A stretch of 62,822 bases of DNA, the filler included, from Sanchytrium tribonematis (Eukaryota): assembly GCA_018985235.1 (NCBI GenBank). It is 5 parts of 5 records of this genome, joined end to end, with 100 filler letters (N's around TTAATTAATTAA, not from the genome) between each part and the next. Parts side by side here need not be neighbours in the genome. Positions count along the whole stretch, not along the records: positions 25,240 to 37,718 come from JADGIG010000215.1; positions 37,819 to 50,282 come from JADGIG010000216.1; 3 more parts are not named here. One strand, given 5' to 3'. The notes below the pieces were generated by a model. The model ran no database searches. It saw nothing but the letters and a program-made list of their open reading frames with translations, and was not told the DNA's origin. Position 1 is the stretch's first letter; each line of letters starts with the position of its first letter. The translations under genes and the position numbers were made by a program. Below are positions 30,570-42,006 of this stretch, piece after piece.

Positions 30570-33111
30570 TTACACTCTTGCCATGTCAGAAATAACTTGA
30601 AGCACATCTGGTATTCCAAATTCAATATCAATCCCACTATTAGGATAGCATTCCACTAAATTTTTGCTTATTCTTTCATGTTGAAAAAGAATGCCTTCTT
30701 GAAAACTTCTCCAAACCACTTGAAGTAACAATCCATGCTCACTAAATTGTTTTTCAACTTTTTTGTAAATACTTTCAACAGCTTTTTTAAACTCTTTTAA
30801 AGAAAAAGAATTTAAAATTCTTTTGGCTTGAGGCTTACTAAACTCTGCCTGATAGGACAATTCATGTGGTGGACAGTTGAGTTTTGCTGCCTCTAATTTA
30901 TCAAAAAATTCAAAAAGTTTTCCAAAACTCTTTTTCAACATACTTTGAACATATTGGTCTAATGATTTGGAATAGATTCCATGAGAAATTTTTGTAAAAT
31001 TGTCCAATGTTTGTATTTTTTTCGAATATGGCCTCAAAGTTGAATGAAGCTCATGCATGTTCGCTAAATGAATAAAAATTACTCATAGATAAAATTTGTG
31101 CATCAAAAGCATCCTTCTCGCAATCTACCGCTAGTTCTATTAATTTTACAAATTCTTTTCCTAAAATTTCATATGCATGAGCCGCCATACCTGTTATGCT
31201 TTGGTCTTGGTTGAAAACTAGATAGCTCTCAATTTTTTCAATAAATACTCCCAAAATTTGGATCGACGGGAAAACATCACTGTCTTTTTTCTTCCTCCAA
31301 TCTTCATATTTCGACTGAATGTGACCCAGCTGACGTCGAAGAAAATCATCCCAAGCACTTAGTAATCTAGATTTTACGTTATTGAGCCAATCTTGATAAA
31401 ATATAACATTGCAGCCTGAAAAGTCTTTGTATTTCGAAGAAATGATAACTATAAACTGAAAGATTGAAATTTCGTCATGCTTAATACCCTCGTCTATAAT
31501 TCTGTTGATTTCATTTAATAATGTGGGAAATATAGTCTGCATCAACGAGGAAAGGCGCTTCTCCACCTTGATATTTTCTTGCCTAGGTCTCTTTTCTCCT
31601 AATTTTTCTGTTGATAGCAAAATATTTTGCTCGACTATCTTGTTGAACGAGATATCACTTGAAAAGAAGAAAAGATCATCAAAAAAATTATGCTGACGTA
31701 CCAGCTTTGATGATATTGATGAAAGTAATTGATTTAAAACTTCTTCGTAAGGAATCAAATCTTTCGACTCTTCTAAAGTTGTGGAGCCTTTGTCATTATC
31801 TTTTCTCTTCTTGATTCGATCGATGGGCTTTTGTTTCTCAAGACCTTCAAATAAAATTGTTTTAATGAGAGTATTCACCTTTGACATTCGAGATTGTACG
31901 AACCGTTGGATGTCGTTTTGCCAAACACCATTCAAAACTTTCGCGACGTCCATATACAATTCTGAAAATTGTGAGGGATTTACTTCATTCATCCAATTAA
32001 GTAACTGATAGTACTGAGACAAAAATTCTTCCATTTCCACCATTGCTCGAAAAGTGTTGCCTGCGTTTCTTTTGGGATCTTCCAGATATCTTTTGGAGAT
32101 TGATTTTCCTCCATCAACTATGTGCCGAGAAAGGCGAACTGAGAGTTGAACATTGTAGGCATTTAAGTCAGACAACTTTTCTTGAACGCATTTTAACTTA
32201 AATTCATCTTGGGGTTTATGTAATTTTTGATAAATACTAACAACCACTGCTTTTACAGAGCCAAGATCGTCAGAAAGGTCTGCATTTTGAATCAGATATT
32301 TCTCTCTTTCGTCAATGTCAATACTTCCTAGCATTTCTTTCAGAGTTTTTAAAAGACTAGCTCGATTGGCAAACAAAATTTGAATTTTTTTATGTTCAGA
32401 TTCGATTGTGTTAACATTTTTAGAAAGATCCATTACTCTGGCATAGTAAGCCTCCAACCAAATCCCCATCCCGTTAAGATCGTCCATAGTTTCACTAAGC
32501 TGGTGCTGTAATTTTTTCTTGTTCTCTAATATTTCGACCATTGAATGAACATTAGCTGCTTGCAGCTGGTCCAATTCTTGATCGAGCTTATTTTTCATAG
32601 ATTCATAGCCATCACCATCTTGCCATATTTCACTCAATACAGAGTAATCCACTTTTGCAGCAGCATTTTCTACTTGGTCATCTTCCACCAAATTCTGAAA
32701 AACGTTAATCCGCTGAATTGAAACCTTGTCTTTAACAAGAGGCGGAACTTTAGCATACTTTTGACACAATTTTATCAGTTTTCCCATAAAGTGCTTCAAT
32801 TGTTGGGTATCATCTGTACAGAAAAACGCAGTCCGACTCAAGTGAAGCGCAAACGCAATGGGGTGAGTATATTCAATACTTTTTATATCATCGACGCTCC
32901 ATGTAGTGGAACTCTCCAAATCTTTGTCGGTTGGCTTTAATTTCACTAATAGCACTCTGTGCCCTCTACTAATTAAAACCAAAGTTCTTGAGTCTAAGGT
33001 CTTGGCAGTTTGAATAACTTGGTTTGGTTTCCTTCCCTTTGTGACATCTTTCCATATTTTGATGTGTGACTGAATATCCGTATTGCTTGGAAAAAGGGCT
33101 TTGTAATTCAT
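30570..33111 (-). CDS. SEC3: Exocyst subunit Sec3, join(33111..31083,31063..30570)
   Basis: N-terminal PIP2-binding-like domain (TWSVDD), EL..L..AN+.S, GKLFEFF, IYKKVEKQF..LLQVVWR..Q, CYP; two ORFs joined by a 19-nt intron. Confidence 0.9.
31064..31082 (-). other. 19-nt spliceosomal intron, phase 1 (GTAATTTTTATTCATTTAG)
   Basis: Removal gives QILSMTNMHEL, fusing the 693-aa and 162-aa ORFs into one Sec3. Confidence 0.9.
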
Positions 33112-33274
33112 GGAAATTTTGATATGTTTCAAATCTATTTATAAAAGACAAAATTTTTGCTTACACTCACACTCAACTAAAACATCTTATGCTGCATTTT
33201 TGAACCAAATGTAATTTTTGCAGCGAAATTGCAAATCAAGAAAAATTTATATTAGAAACAAGGATCATTACTTT

Positions 33275-36200
33275 ATGGATAGGTTGAAAACAACAATGGA
33301 AAAGGATGACCGAGGGTTGTTATTTGTTCAAAAAACACTTCGGAAAGAAGGAAACGATTCTATTTACCAGAAAACTAGGGATTACGTGGGTAGACTTGGC
33401 AATTTATCAAATATACTGACATATACATCGGTGAAGGAAACTAAAGCTGAATATGAATTTGAAAGACCATATATCTACACTAATTTATACGAAAGACTCA
33501 GTACTCGTCCTTTTCTTGTAAAAAATGAGAAGTTATGGATTTCATTTCAAATTCTTTACGGCATGTCAAAAGTGCACGAATTAGGTCTTGTTCACGGGGA
33601 TCTAAAGCTTGAAAATATTTTAGTTACATCTTGGTATTGGGTTTATGTAACTGATTTTGCATCCCACAAGCCAACCGTGTTGCCAGAGGACGATCCATAT
33701 ACTTTCTCCCATCAGTTTGACAGCTCGTACAGACATTGCTGCAACCTTTCACCGGAAAGATTTGCCGATTATAATGTTTCTTTGAGTAATGACACAAAAC
33801 TTAGCTCGAAGATGGACATTTTCTCATTAGGCTGTATTCTCGCTGAAATTTATACCGAATCGCCCCTATTTTCCTACTCTCAACTTATTTTGTATAGAAG
33901 GAAGAAATTTGATCCATCTGCTAAGTTGCAAAATATCGAAGATGAAGAGCTCAGACATCTTGTGACTCGAATGATTGACATCGATTCAGAAAAAAGGCCA
34001 GATTTAAGTGAAATTCTTGTTGAATATCGCAAAAAAATATTTTGTGACTATTTTTACAAAACTTTTCATGGATATTGCAATGGTTTGAATGATTTTGATT
34101 TTCACCATTTTTTAAACTGGAGTGTGGACCATTCTGATGTATTTGAGAATCTGATGGTCGGCAATGTAATACCAAGCGTCGGAGATTGCAAAATTATGAA
34201 GCTAGTGAATGATGCGGACATAATTGTTTACCAAAATGAGACCAATTATTCTATCGAAAATCGAGCTCAATTGTATTGCTCGCTTGTGCTTCCTTGGATC
34301 CGCAATACAAGTTCGAAAGTTGCCCAATCGCACGGATTTTCTTTAATTGGAAAATTGAGCGACCTGTTACCAGATTCTTACAAGTTGGAACGAATTTTGC
34401 CTTATTTAAGTTGTTTTGCCAAGGACAAATCGAATTATTTGCGAAGCATGGCGTTAAGGTTGATGGTTGGACTTTTGAAGAGTATCAACGAGGTAAGTCC
34501 AAGTGAGGCAAATATATTCTCTGCATATTTAATTCCCACTTTTCAAATTATCAGCAAAGACGGTAGCGAACTTAGTAGATGTACACTGAGTGCAATTTTG
34601 GGTGAACTTAGTAGAATAAGCAAAGTTTTCATTGACTACATCGATGACGAATTTAACGAAAACCAGTTCACGGAAGAACTATTTACTTATGATGCTTCTC
34701 TTTTAGACCTTAAAGATAGTATACAAGATATTTTTGTTAATTTGATCACTAAAAATTCTAAACATTCCAAAATTTCGCTAATGCGACATTCTTATGAATC
34801 ACTTTCTTTATTTTTTGGGAAAGAAATAACTGATAATCTTTTGACAGCTCATCTGGTAACATTCATGAGCGATCCCTACGTTGAAGTCAGATCGGAACTG
34901 CAGAGTTGTATACTGCCTTTAATTCAGCACTATAATGATACTAATTTAGAATCTTTAACAGAAACGGTGCTTACAAATGGCCTTGGTGATAAAAATTGCT
35001 TTGTCATACTTAACTCAATTCAGTCTTGCCTAGCACTAAAAGACAAATTGAAAAGAGAGACTCAATTATCTATGCTGACACTAGCTTGTCCATTTCTATT
35101 ACATTATTTTGAGAGGCTGAGGTTATCGGTTAGAGACTTTGTATTGACTGTATTAGAAAATTTGACTTACGCAGACTGTCTCACACTATTACTTACGACT
35201 CTAAAACCATTTTTAAATGTTGGAATCTTTGAACCAAAGTACTTTTGTGATGTGATCATCGAACCCTTACCTTTGCTAGTATGGAACAAAATCTACCAGA
35301 TTATTGAAAAAGATAAGAGGTTGCTACAAATGCTAAAGTCTTTTCAAAATGATGATGTTTTTTCAGAGATCAGTGAAGAAATCACGCCTTTATCAAATTT
35401 CCATTTCTCCAAAATGGAGGCTCTCTTGTTGTATTATGGTCGCCACCATTTCATCAATTGTCTAAATGATAAACTCAATCATGAATTCGAAATTTTGGAA
35501 CGCTCTCTTAAAAATTATACCGTTTTATTAAGTGACGATTTTGGCGAAACTTTAGAAAATGTTGGGGAAGAACTGATTTTTCGTTACATTGGCAAATCGA
35601 GCAATTCCTTGCATACTGATATGACTGCCTTTTTGGACATGTCATCATTTGAATATTACGGTATGAATAAGTCAGTTAAGACTTATTTAATTCTAAAGTA
35701 TAATGAGTATTTTTCGCAATTTAGGTATTTGCTTGGAATTTCCTCAAGTCAAACAAACAAAATAAGCTATAGCCTAAAGGGAGTGCGCATCGGTAAACTA
35801 CTGGAACATAATGGAAGTGTCAACTGTCTTCGAATGTCACAAGACGGTTCTTTTTTCACATCGTGTAGCTCAGATGGAACTGTCAAAGTCTGGGATTGCA
35901 AAAGATTGGAGAGAAATGTCGCGAATTCTTCCAGGGCTACTGCAGTTGTTGGTGGGAATGTAAATTGCTTAGATTTTTGCCAGGGGTCAAATTCAATTGT
36001 ATGTGCATCTGATAATGGTACAATTCTTTTTCACAAGATTGAATATTGTGGTAGTTACAAATATACAATATCAAATGCTTTAAAAATAATTGATAATGAA
36101 AATCAGGAATGTATGGCGTTGCAGCAATATTGCATGAATCAAGCTCCTTTACTAACTTTCGCTACAATTCAAAATAATTTAAAGTTTGTTGACTTGAGAA

Positions 36201-36835
36201 TCGATGTGGCGAATAATTTTAAAATACCCTCTTGCTTTGGTCTGTCGACTGCTTTAAGTATAAATCAACACACTGTATCTGTTGGTACATCTCGTGGCAA
36301 TATATTGAGTTACGACATGAGATTTCTTAAAGATTTTTCGGACTTTTGTATTCCTTCGAAAAAGCGAATCACATCCTTAAAGTACTACAACTCGCTTCTA
36401 TATGCGTCAAGTTCAAGTGGAGAATTGAGTATTTGGGATATTTATGAAAAAAATTGCCTTAAATACTTTAATTCCAAAATGCTAGATTCTAAAGCATTAC
36501 CATTGATTGGAAGGGACGATTTCATTGCTAATAGATTAGAGAATGAAGAATTTGGAGGACTAATGGATATTCTTTGCCTCGAAAATACAATAATTGCGGC
36601 AGGTGCAGATGGAACTGTTAAAGTTGTTCCTGAAAATCCTATTTGTAATGAAAAGCAAGAATATAGTGATGCGTTTAATTCTAAATACAAAGTATATCCT
36701 CCACATTACATTCAGCAAATTTCAACCGGTCAAATCCTTCACGAAGACGCAATTAATTCTCTATGTTATACCAACAACCCATATAATATTCTAATGACTG
36801 CTAGTCAAAATGGTTCAATATGTTTGTGGAAATAA
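33275..36835 (+). CDS. VPS15: Vps15/PIK3R4 pseudokinase-HEAT-WD40 PI3K regulatory subunit
   Basis: NLYERLSTRPFL..EKLWISFQ, HGDLKLEN, TDFASHKP..LPEDDP, HEAT repeats, WD40 with VKVWDC.RLE.N; start uncertain. Confidence 0.95.
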   Translation: MDRLKTTMEKDDRGLLFVQKTLRKEGNDSIYQKTRDYVGRLGNLSNILTYTSVKETKAEYEFERPYIYTNLYERLSTRPFLVKNEKLWISFQILYGMSKVHELGLVHGDLKLENILVTSWYWVYVTDFASHKPTVLPEDDPYTFSHQFDSSYRHCCNLSPERFADYNVSLSNDTKLSSKMDIFSLGCILAEIYTESPLFSYSQLILYRRKKFDPSAKLQNIEDEELRHLVTRMIDIDSEKRPDLSEILVEYRKKIFCDYFYKTFHGYCNGLNDFDFHHFLNWSVDHSDVFENLMVGNVIPSVGDCKIMKLVNDADIIVYQNETNYSIENRAQLYCSLVLPWIRNTSSKVAQSHGFSLIGKLSDLLPDSYKLERILPYLSCFAKDKSNYLRSMALRLMVGLLKSINEVSPSEANIFSAYLIPTFQIISKDGSELSRCTLSAILGELSRISKVFIDYIDDEFNENQFTEELFTYDASLLDLKDSIQDIFVNLITKNSKHSKISLMRHSYESLSLFFGKEITDNLLTAHLVTFMSDPYVEVRSELQSCILPLIQHYNDTNLESLTETVLTNGLGDKNCFVILNSIQSCLALKDKLKRETQLSMLTLACPFLLHYFERLRLSVRDFVLTVLENLTYADCLTLLLTTLKPFLNVGIFEPKYFCDVIIEPLPLLVWNKIYQIIEKDKRLLQMLKSFQNDDVFSEISEEITPLSNFHFSKMEALLLYYGRHHFINCLNDKLNHEFEILERSLKNYTVLLSDDFGETLENVGEELIFRYIGKSSNSLHTDMTAFLDMSSFEYYGMNKSVKTYLILKYNEYFSQFRYLLGISSSQTNKISYSLKGVRIGKLLEHNGSVNCLRMSQDGSFFTSCSSDGTVKVWDCKRLERNVANSSRATAVVGGNVNCLDFCQGSNSIVCASDNGTILFHKIEYCGSYKYTISNALKIIDNENQECMALQQYCMNQAPLLTFATIQNNLKFVDLRIDVANNFKIPSCFGLSTALSINQHTVSVGTSRGNILSYDMRFLKDFSDFCIPSKKRITSLKYYNSLLYASSSSGELSIWDIYEKNCLKYFNSKMLDSKALPLIGRDDFIANRLENEEFGGLMDILCLENTIIAAGADGTVKVVPENPICNEKQEYSDAFNSKYKVYPPHYIQQISTGQILHEDAINSLCYTNNPYNILMTASQNGSICLWK

Positions 36836-36875
36836 ATTTCAATTTGAAACATTTATTTAAATAAACTGCGATCTA

Positions 36876-37499
36876 ATGATTGCAATTGGTTCAATATTCC
36901 TAGGACTATTTTTCTACTCCTTGAGGCTACCGAAAGAAATTCCTAGTCACATATTTGACAAATCATTTAGAAAGGAAAATAGCAAAACGAATTTCAATTT
37001 GAGTCCAACTCTGAAATTGCTTGAAAATAGTCAGTATAATTATACCTTGAATACTTTAGAAGGAATGACTCATTACCTTTTCATCAAAAAACCATCTCTT
37101 GTTTGTATAAAATCAGTTGAATCTTTGCTTTTAAAATTGCCACCTTGTAGTATCTACACAAACATTCATTTTAATTCTATGCCTAGAGAATATTATAAAC
37201 GTTTATTCAAAGAGATGCCTTATCTAGACTATGTATTTTCCACTTCCTTTACTATTATCGATAATTGCATTGTAGAACAGATCAAGTCCGCTAATTTAAA
37301 GCAGTTCAGTTTTTCATTTCTACACCATTTGAGCCTATATTCAACTGTGTTAGACTGGAATATATACAACGATCAAAACTATTTAGCCAAAGTCAACTCT
37401 AAGGATATTTGCAACTACTACATCTACCGATATCCATCAGAAGAAATGAATATTGAAGATTCGACTCAGATCAATGTAAAGCTTGTGAGATACCAATAA
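36876..37499 (+). CDS. Hypothetical protein with N-terminal hydrophobic segment
   Basis: 207-aa ORF; stop inside AATAAA. Confidence 0.55.
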   Translation: MIAIGSIFLGLFFYSLRLPKEIPSHIFDKSFRKENSKTNFNLSPTLKLLENSQYNYTLNTLEGMTHYLFIKKPSLVCIKSVESLLLKLPPCSIYTNIHFNSMPREYYKRLFKEMPYLDYVFSTSFTIIDNCIVEQIKSANLKQFSFSFLHHLSLYSTVLDWNIYNDQNYLAKVNSKDICNYYIYRYPSEEMNIEDSTQINVKLVRYQ

Positions 37500-37539
37500 A
37501 TATTGAAAAAGTGTAGTAAAATTTTCTGAAACTAATAAC

Positions 37540-37718
37540 ATGGCTTCAAATGAATCCGATGTATTAATGAGAAAATACGTCAGACATGCCTTATTCGAAG
37601 AGAGCAAAATTATCATAAGCAAGCAGCAAATTTCTAATTACCAAAAATCAAAACAATTCATTAAATTTGTAGATTACATCGAAAAATTGAGCTTTAATTT
37701 AGACCCTCTTCTTTTAAA
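37540..37718 (+). CDS. Hypothetical protein, 5' fragment truncated by contig end
   Basis: ATG-initiated frame open up to the spacer. Confidence 0.4.
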
Positions 37719-37818
37719 NNNNNNNNNNNNNNNNNNNNNNNNNNNNNNNNNNNNNNNNNNNNTTAATTAATTAANNNNNNNNNNNNNNNNNNNNNNNNNN
37801 NNNNNNNNNNNNNNNNNN
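37719..37818. other. Artificial contig spacer N44-TTAATTAATTAA-N44
   Basis: Same spacer sequence. Confidence 0.97.
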
Positions 37819-38309
37819 TGGAATACATCAGCAACAAAATCCAAGTTTAAGTTTGATACTGAGTTGTCTGCAAGATTGCATGAATTCTCATATATGCTTA
37901 GCAACTCTAGATTTAATTTCTCAATTTTAATATCAAAGGTAAAATTTTGAGGTAATTTGCCCGCTGCTTCCTCATTTACATCCGCAGCCTGATTTTTGTT
38001 TTCCAAGCTTGAAGTCAAAGGGGATACCTCGAGATGTTGGGTATCTTCAATTTTCTTTTCTTTGTGATAGATTTCTGTTCTTAAAAAGTTTCCATCCTTA
38101 TCCACAAAGGTAACTTCCACCTCTTCTGGCTGCAAGGGCTTGTCTGGAATGTGAACCTCAGCCTCACTCAGCTTAACTATAATTTGAACATCCAAATTCA
38201 AAAAGGTTTTGACTCTTTCCATGAATCCCACTCTAGGTTCAGTTCTATTTCCAAATCTTCTTTCCCTCCACTTAGTAAATTTGCTACTTATTGCCTTAAG
38301 TAATTTCAT
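37819..38309 (-). CDS. Hypothetical protein, 5' part truncated by contig end
   Basis: Frame open from ATG 38309 to the spacer. Confidence 0.55.
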
Positions 38310-38538
38310 TATAAAGCAGAGTGGCCTCAACAAAAAACGGAAAATTCAGAGAAATTCAAGCCACTTGCAAAAATTAGTTGAAACACAAATTTCCCAGTCT
38401 TGCTGCTATTCCGAACAAAGAGAGCACCTTAATCTGTTTTAAAAATATGAGGCAAAACATTGTTCAGTCTTGGAATAAATTTATTGCTTTGTTAATGAGT
38501 TACTCCAGTCAGTAAATTCTATGTCTCAATATTTAAAA

Positions 38539-39825
38539 TTATTCTATCGGGATATCTAGCATCTCCATAACACCTCCAACCAGGTGCAAACTCCCTGTGC
38601 ATAAAACATCTACAAAATCTTTTGATTTGAGAATTTCTATTGCTTCTTCAATAGAATCAGTCACCACCGAATTAGGAAAATGCTCTTGCAACTGCAAAAA
38701 ATGAGTCGATTGATACACTACATTGTGATTGTGCAAATCTTTCGTATACCCCTGTCTTTTAGTTTTATTGTGAGTGAAAATGACCAAGTCCCATTCAATT
38801 GCTTTTAATAAACTCATTAAAGTTGCATTTAATCTTTCTGGTGTGCAATTAAATAACAGAATATGAGGCTTCATAGAATTTTCTTGATACCAGTTGATAC
38901 AGTATGATAGTGACTCCACAGTGTGCGCACCATCTAAAAAATAATTTACATTCTCAATTTTAATGACTTGATTTCTACCAGGCCAATTTGTTGCATTAAT
39001 TGCCTGAATCGATTTTTCATTATTAGTTGCCTTATTGAGTGCATTCATGCAATGTTCAAATGTATACATGGCAGTAGTTGCATTTTGAATTTGATGTTCT
39101 AATTTTAATTCGCACTTATTTATAATTGGATGATTTTGGACACACTTGATTAATTTTGCTTGTTTTTCTGAACATTCATCTTCAATTACTCTGAATGATT
39201 CATCAAATTGTTCACTGCAGAATACAGTTGATTTTTGTTTTATAATGCCTGCTTTGTGGTATGCAATTTTGCTTAAAGTATCACCCAGGGTTGCCACATG
39301 ATCCATTCCAATAGGTGTAATTACACAGGCTAAGGGGCTAGTAAATATATTAGTCCCATCGTACCTTCCACCGACTCCGACTTCAATTACGCAAACATCG
39401 CAAGATTCTTGAATAAATGTGTGAAATCCCATCAAGGTTAGAAATCTGAAGTAAGATGGCCTAGTAGTATCTAATTTGTTCCAAATTTGATTAAAATTAT
39501 TCTGAAATTGTTCATTGGAAATGGGTTTGCCATTAATCCTGATTCGCTCATTTACATGCCTTAAATGTGGAGAAGTGAATAGGCCAGTTTTTAAACCATG
39601 GTGTCTGAATAAAGATTCAATAAAGGCTGCTGTACTACCCTTACCTTTTGTGCCAGCAACATGAATTACCTTCAAATTCTGAATTTGTTCCATATTTAGT
39701 ACTTGATGGCAAAATTGATTCATTTCACTGATACTAGTTGCATTCATTTTGTTGCCAGATTTTCGCAAAAGCTCCAGCGTTTTTGCATTGCTTTGTAGAG
39801 AATTTAATCTCGACAAATAGTCCAT
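38539..39825 (-). CDS. Folylpolyglutamate synthase (Met7/FPGS)
   Basis: LNSLQSN, IHVAGTKGKGST, TSPHL..V.ERI, EVGVGGRYDGTN, WPGR, LDGAHT, TGSLHLVG. Confidence 0.95.
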   Translation of the reverse strand: MDYLSRLNSLQSNAKTLELLRKSGNKMNATSISEMNQFCHQVLNMEQIQNLKVIHVAGTKGKGSTAAFIESLFRHHGLKTGLFTSPHLRHVNERIRINGKPISNEQFQNNFNQIWNKLDTTRPSYFRFLTLMGFHTFIQESCDVCVIEVGVGGRYDGTNIFTSPLACVITPIGMDHVATLGDTLSKIAYHKAGIIKQKSTVFCSEQFDESFRVIEDECSEKQAKLIKCVQNHPIINKCELKLEHQIQNATTAMYTFEHCMNALNKATNNEKSIQAINATNWPGRNQVIKIENVNYFLDGAHTVESLSYCINWYQENSMKPHILLFNCTPERLNATLMSLLKAIEWDLVIFTHNKTKRQGYTKDLHNHNVVYQSTHFLQLQEHFPNSVVTDSIEEAIEILKSKDFVDVLCTGSLHLVGGVMEMLDIPIE

Positions 39826-39909
39826 TGTTTCAAAAAAGTCTCAAGGATTTCCTTGATTGAAATTCAGGTGCGGTCAATAAAATCAAAATGACAATTATAC
39901 TAAATTTTA

Positions 39910-40743
39910 TTAAGGGATCATATGCGAGTTTTTCGAGAAAGGATTCTTTTCATCTGGCTTCATGACAGAGAACGAGTGATTCACATGTGAATGTGTTGCT
40001 TCATCAGCTCGAATTGCATAAATTACATCTTTCATTGTAGCGTCTTTTTCCAATCTCCAATAGTGGATAGCAATCTCGGGCGCTGCACGATCTTTCCATA
40101 AATTGCCTTCCTCAATGTCTTTTAACGCATGAGTGTATGTTTTCACAGCTTCTTCTTCCAAATACCCTACCATCGCGTGGCAAACTTTGGGACTTAACAA
40201 ATATGCCAAAAAATAAATGTTATAGAATAACCCTTGGGTCAAAATCACCATTGCGCGAAATACGCCAGTGGGTTGCTTGATTTTAAGGAAAGTAAGAAGA
40301 TGCATTCTCTCATTTTCTGCTTCCTCTAATAAAGTGTGAATCCAAGCATTGTCTCTTTTCATCAATCTTAAACTTCTCAAGTGTCTTAATGATGCAGCTA
40401 CCATACCAGGGCAGCCTGCCACTGTTTCTAAGAAAATCATTCTTTGAAGCCATTTGTGTTCATTCATGTTCTTAGGGTAGCCTGTAGCCAAGTCAAATGA
40501 TCCACGAAGCAGCTTAATACCATAAAATCCGACTTTTTGATGCCATTTCTCTGGCTTGAGATGTTTAGGCTTGATACTTTTTACATAATCCGTAGAATAG
40601 ACTGGGTGCATCAACAAATAATCTTCCTCTACAGGTGCTACTTTATTTTCCTGTGTAGCTACCTTATGGATCTGATTGAATCTCTTCTGAGTCAGGCTTA
40701 AAGCACTTGGACTATAAATTTTAGGAAAAAGTGAACGAAACAT
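39910..40743 (-). CDS. AOX: Mitochondrial alternative oxidase
   Basis: LETVAG.PGMV, EAENERMHL, LEEEAV.TY, RADEA.H diiron motifs; presequence-like start MFRSLF at 40743. Confidence 0.97.
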   Translation of the reverse strand: MFRSLFPKIYSPSALSLTQKRFNQIHKVATQENKVAPVEEDYLLMHPVYSTDYVKSIKPKHLKPEKWHQKVGFYGIKLLRGSFDLATGYPKNMNEHKWLQRMIFLETVAGCPGMVAASLRHLRSLRLMKRDNAWIHTLLEEAENERMHLLTFLKIKQPTGVFRAMVILTQGLFYNIYFLAYLLSPKVCHAMVGYLEEEAVKTYTHALKDIEEGNLWKDRAAPEIAIHYWRLEKDATMKDVIYAIRADEATHSHVNHSFSVMKPDEKNPFSKNSHMIP

Positions 40744-40840
40744 TGGATATCTTGTTTCACAAGAATCCGAATGGAGTTTCTCTTTCACGCGATGCCGATG
40801 CCTGTTCCGAATCTACTTGTCAACGTACGAAATCAATTGT

Positions 40841-41977
40841 TTATTTGAGCATATCAAAAAGCCAAGCCAAAATAGAAATAAATAAAGAATAATTTAACAA
40901 AATGAAAATCGCACCAATATTTGATACATTGATAGTGTCAATTCCTAAATTGATCAGGCCTGTTAAAAGATTTGCAATTAAAAACAATGGCAACAAATAC
41001 TTGTTAATTTTTTGCAACAGTCCAGAGGTGGGAATATCTTTAGAATGCAAAATGTATAAAAATATGTCACTGACAGAACATACCCAAGCAATGAAAGGTA
41101 AATTACACGCTCGTCTGCTAACACTATCTACGAAATAGAGTGCCGAATTGATGACAAGTCTAACTAGAATGATCTTTGGTAGATTTGGGCGATTTAGATA
41201 CTTTGAAAAGTCAGCAGCTAACAACCACAAAGCTGTGTATCCAATACAACTTAAAATCCCTTCCCTGTTTTGAGAAAACAAATTATCTCGTTTTGAAAAG
41301 AAAATGTAATCCGAAAGACCAAAATGTAGCGCAACTTGATAAAATACCGCAACAAAATATCCAGTCAAAGCAAGCGAGTTTGTGCACTTTTGAATCAAAG
41401 AAGAAATGATTGGAATTGTTCCTAAAGTTAGAAAAAAGTTCCAATGAACTCCATATTCACTCACATGTTCATGGTATCCACTTAGACGAACTGCAGCTAA
41501 TCTACCAATACCAAGAATCCAAACGGGTATTGCTTTTTGAAATGTATCCTTTACATTGTTGCTTTTACGCAAGCCAAACATTAGACCACCTGAATAAATA
41601 AAGGTACCTACTCCAATGTCCATTAAAGATGTTCCATAAGATTCTGTTTTTGCATACCTTCGCTCAAAAACTTGAAAATCTACTGCCAAAATACAAAGAA
41701 TGGTCATAATCATCATCAATGATTTAAAATTGGTAATTGATTGATATGGTGGTGCCTGATTTCTACTTGAAGGCAGATTATACCACTTTTGTGCTCCAGC
41801 AAGTACAAAAGCAAAGGTAATAGGAGTCGGCAAAATTGTAATTCCAAACAAGAACAATATCCAAGGACCTAATTCGTGTATCTTGTATATTGCTGCGACT
41901 ACAGGTAGCAATATTAATGCATGTATTTCCCAAATATTACCGCCCATCAAATTCTCGTAAAAAGATGATTTTTCCAT
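40841..41977 (-). CDS. GWT1: GPI inositol acyltransferase Gwt1/PIG-W
   Basis: ILAVDF..F.RR.AKTE.YGTSLMD.GVG, EHVSEYGVHWNFF.TL, NREG, SRR..N, FLIANLLTGLIN. Confidence 0.95.
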   Translation of the reverse strand: MEKSSFYENLMGGNIWEIHALILLPVVAAIYKIHELGPWILFLFGITILPTPITFAFVLAGAQKWYNLPSSRNQAPPYQSITNFKSLMMIMTILCILAVDFQVFERRYAKTESYGTSLMDIGVGTFIYSGGLMFGLRKSNNVKDTFQKAIPVWILGIGRLAAVRLSGYHEHVSEYGVHWNFFLTLGTIPIISSLIQKCTNSLALTGYFVAVFYQVALHFGLSDYIFFSKRDNLFSQNREGILSCIGYTALWLLAADFSKYLNRPNLPKIILVRLVINSALYFVDSVSRRACNLPFIAWVCSVSDIFLYILHSKDIPTSGLLQKINKYLLPLFLIANLLTGLINLGIDTINVSNIGAIFILLNYSLFISILAWLFDMLK

Positions 41978-42006
41978 GTTTTAAAGAAATAGACCGAGTG
42001 GTAAAT

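Noticed and set aside
37684..37702. TTTAATTTAG resembling an intron 3' end
   Set aside because: No GT donor 19-20 nt upstream, and the frame is open through it
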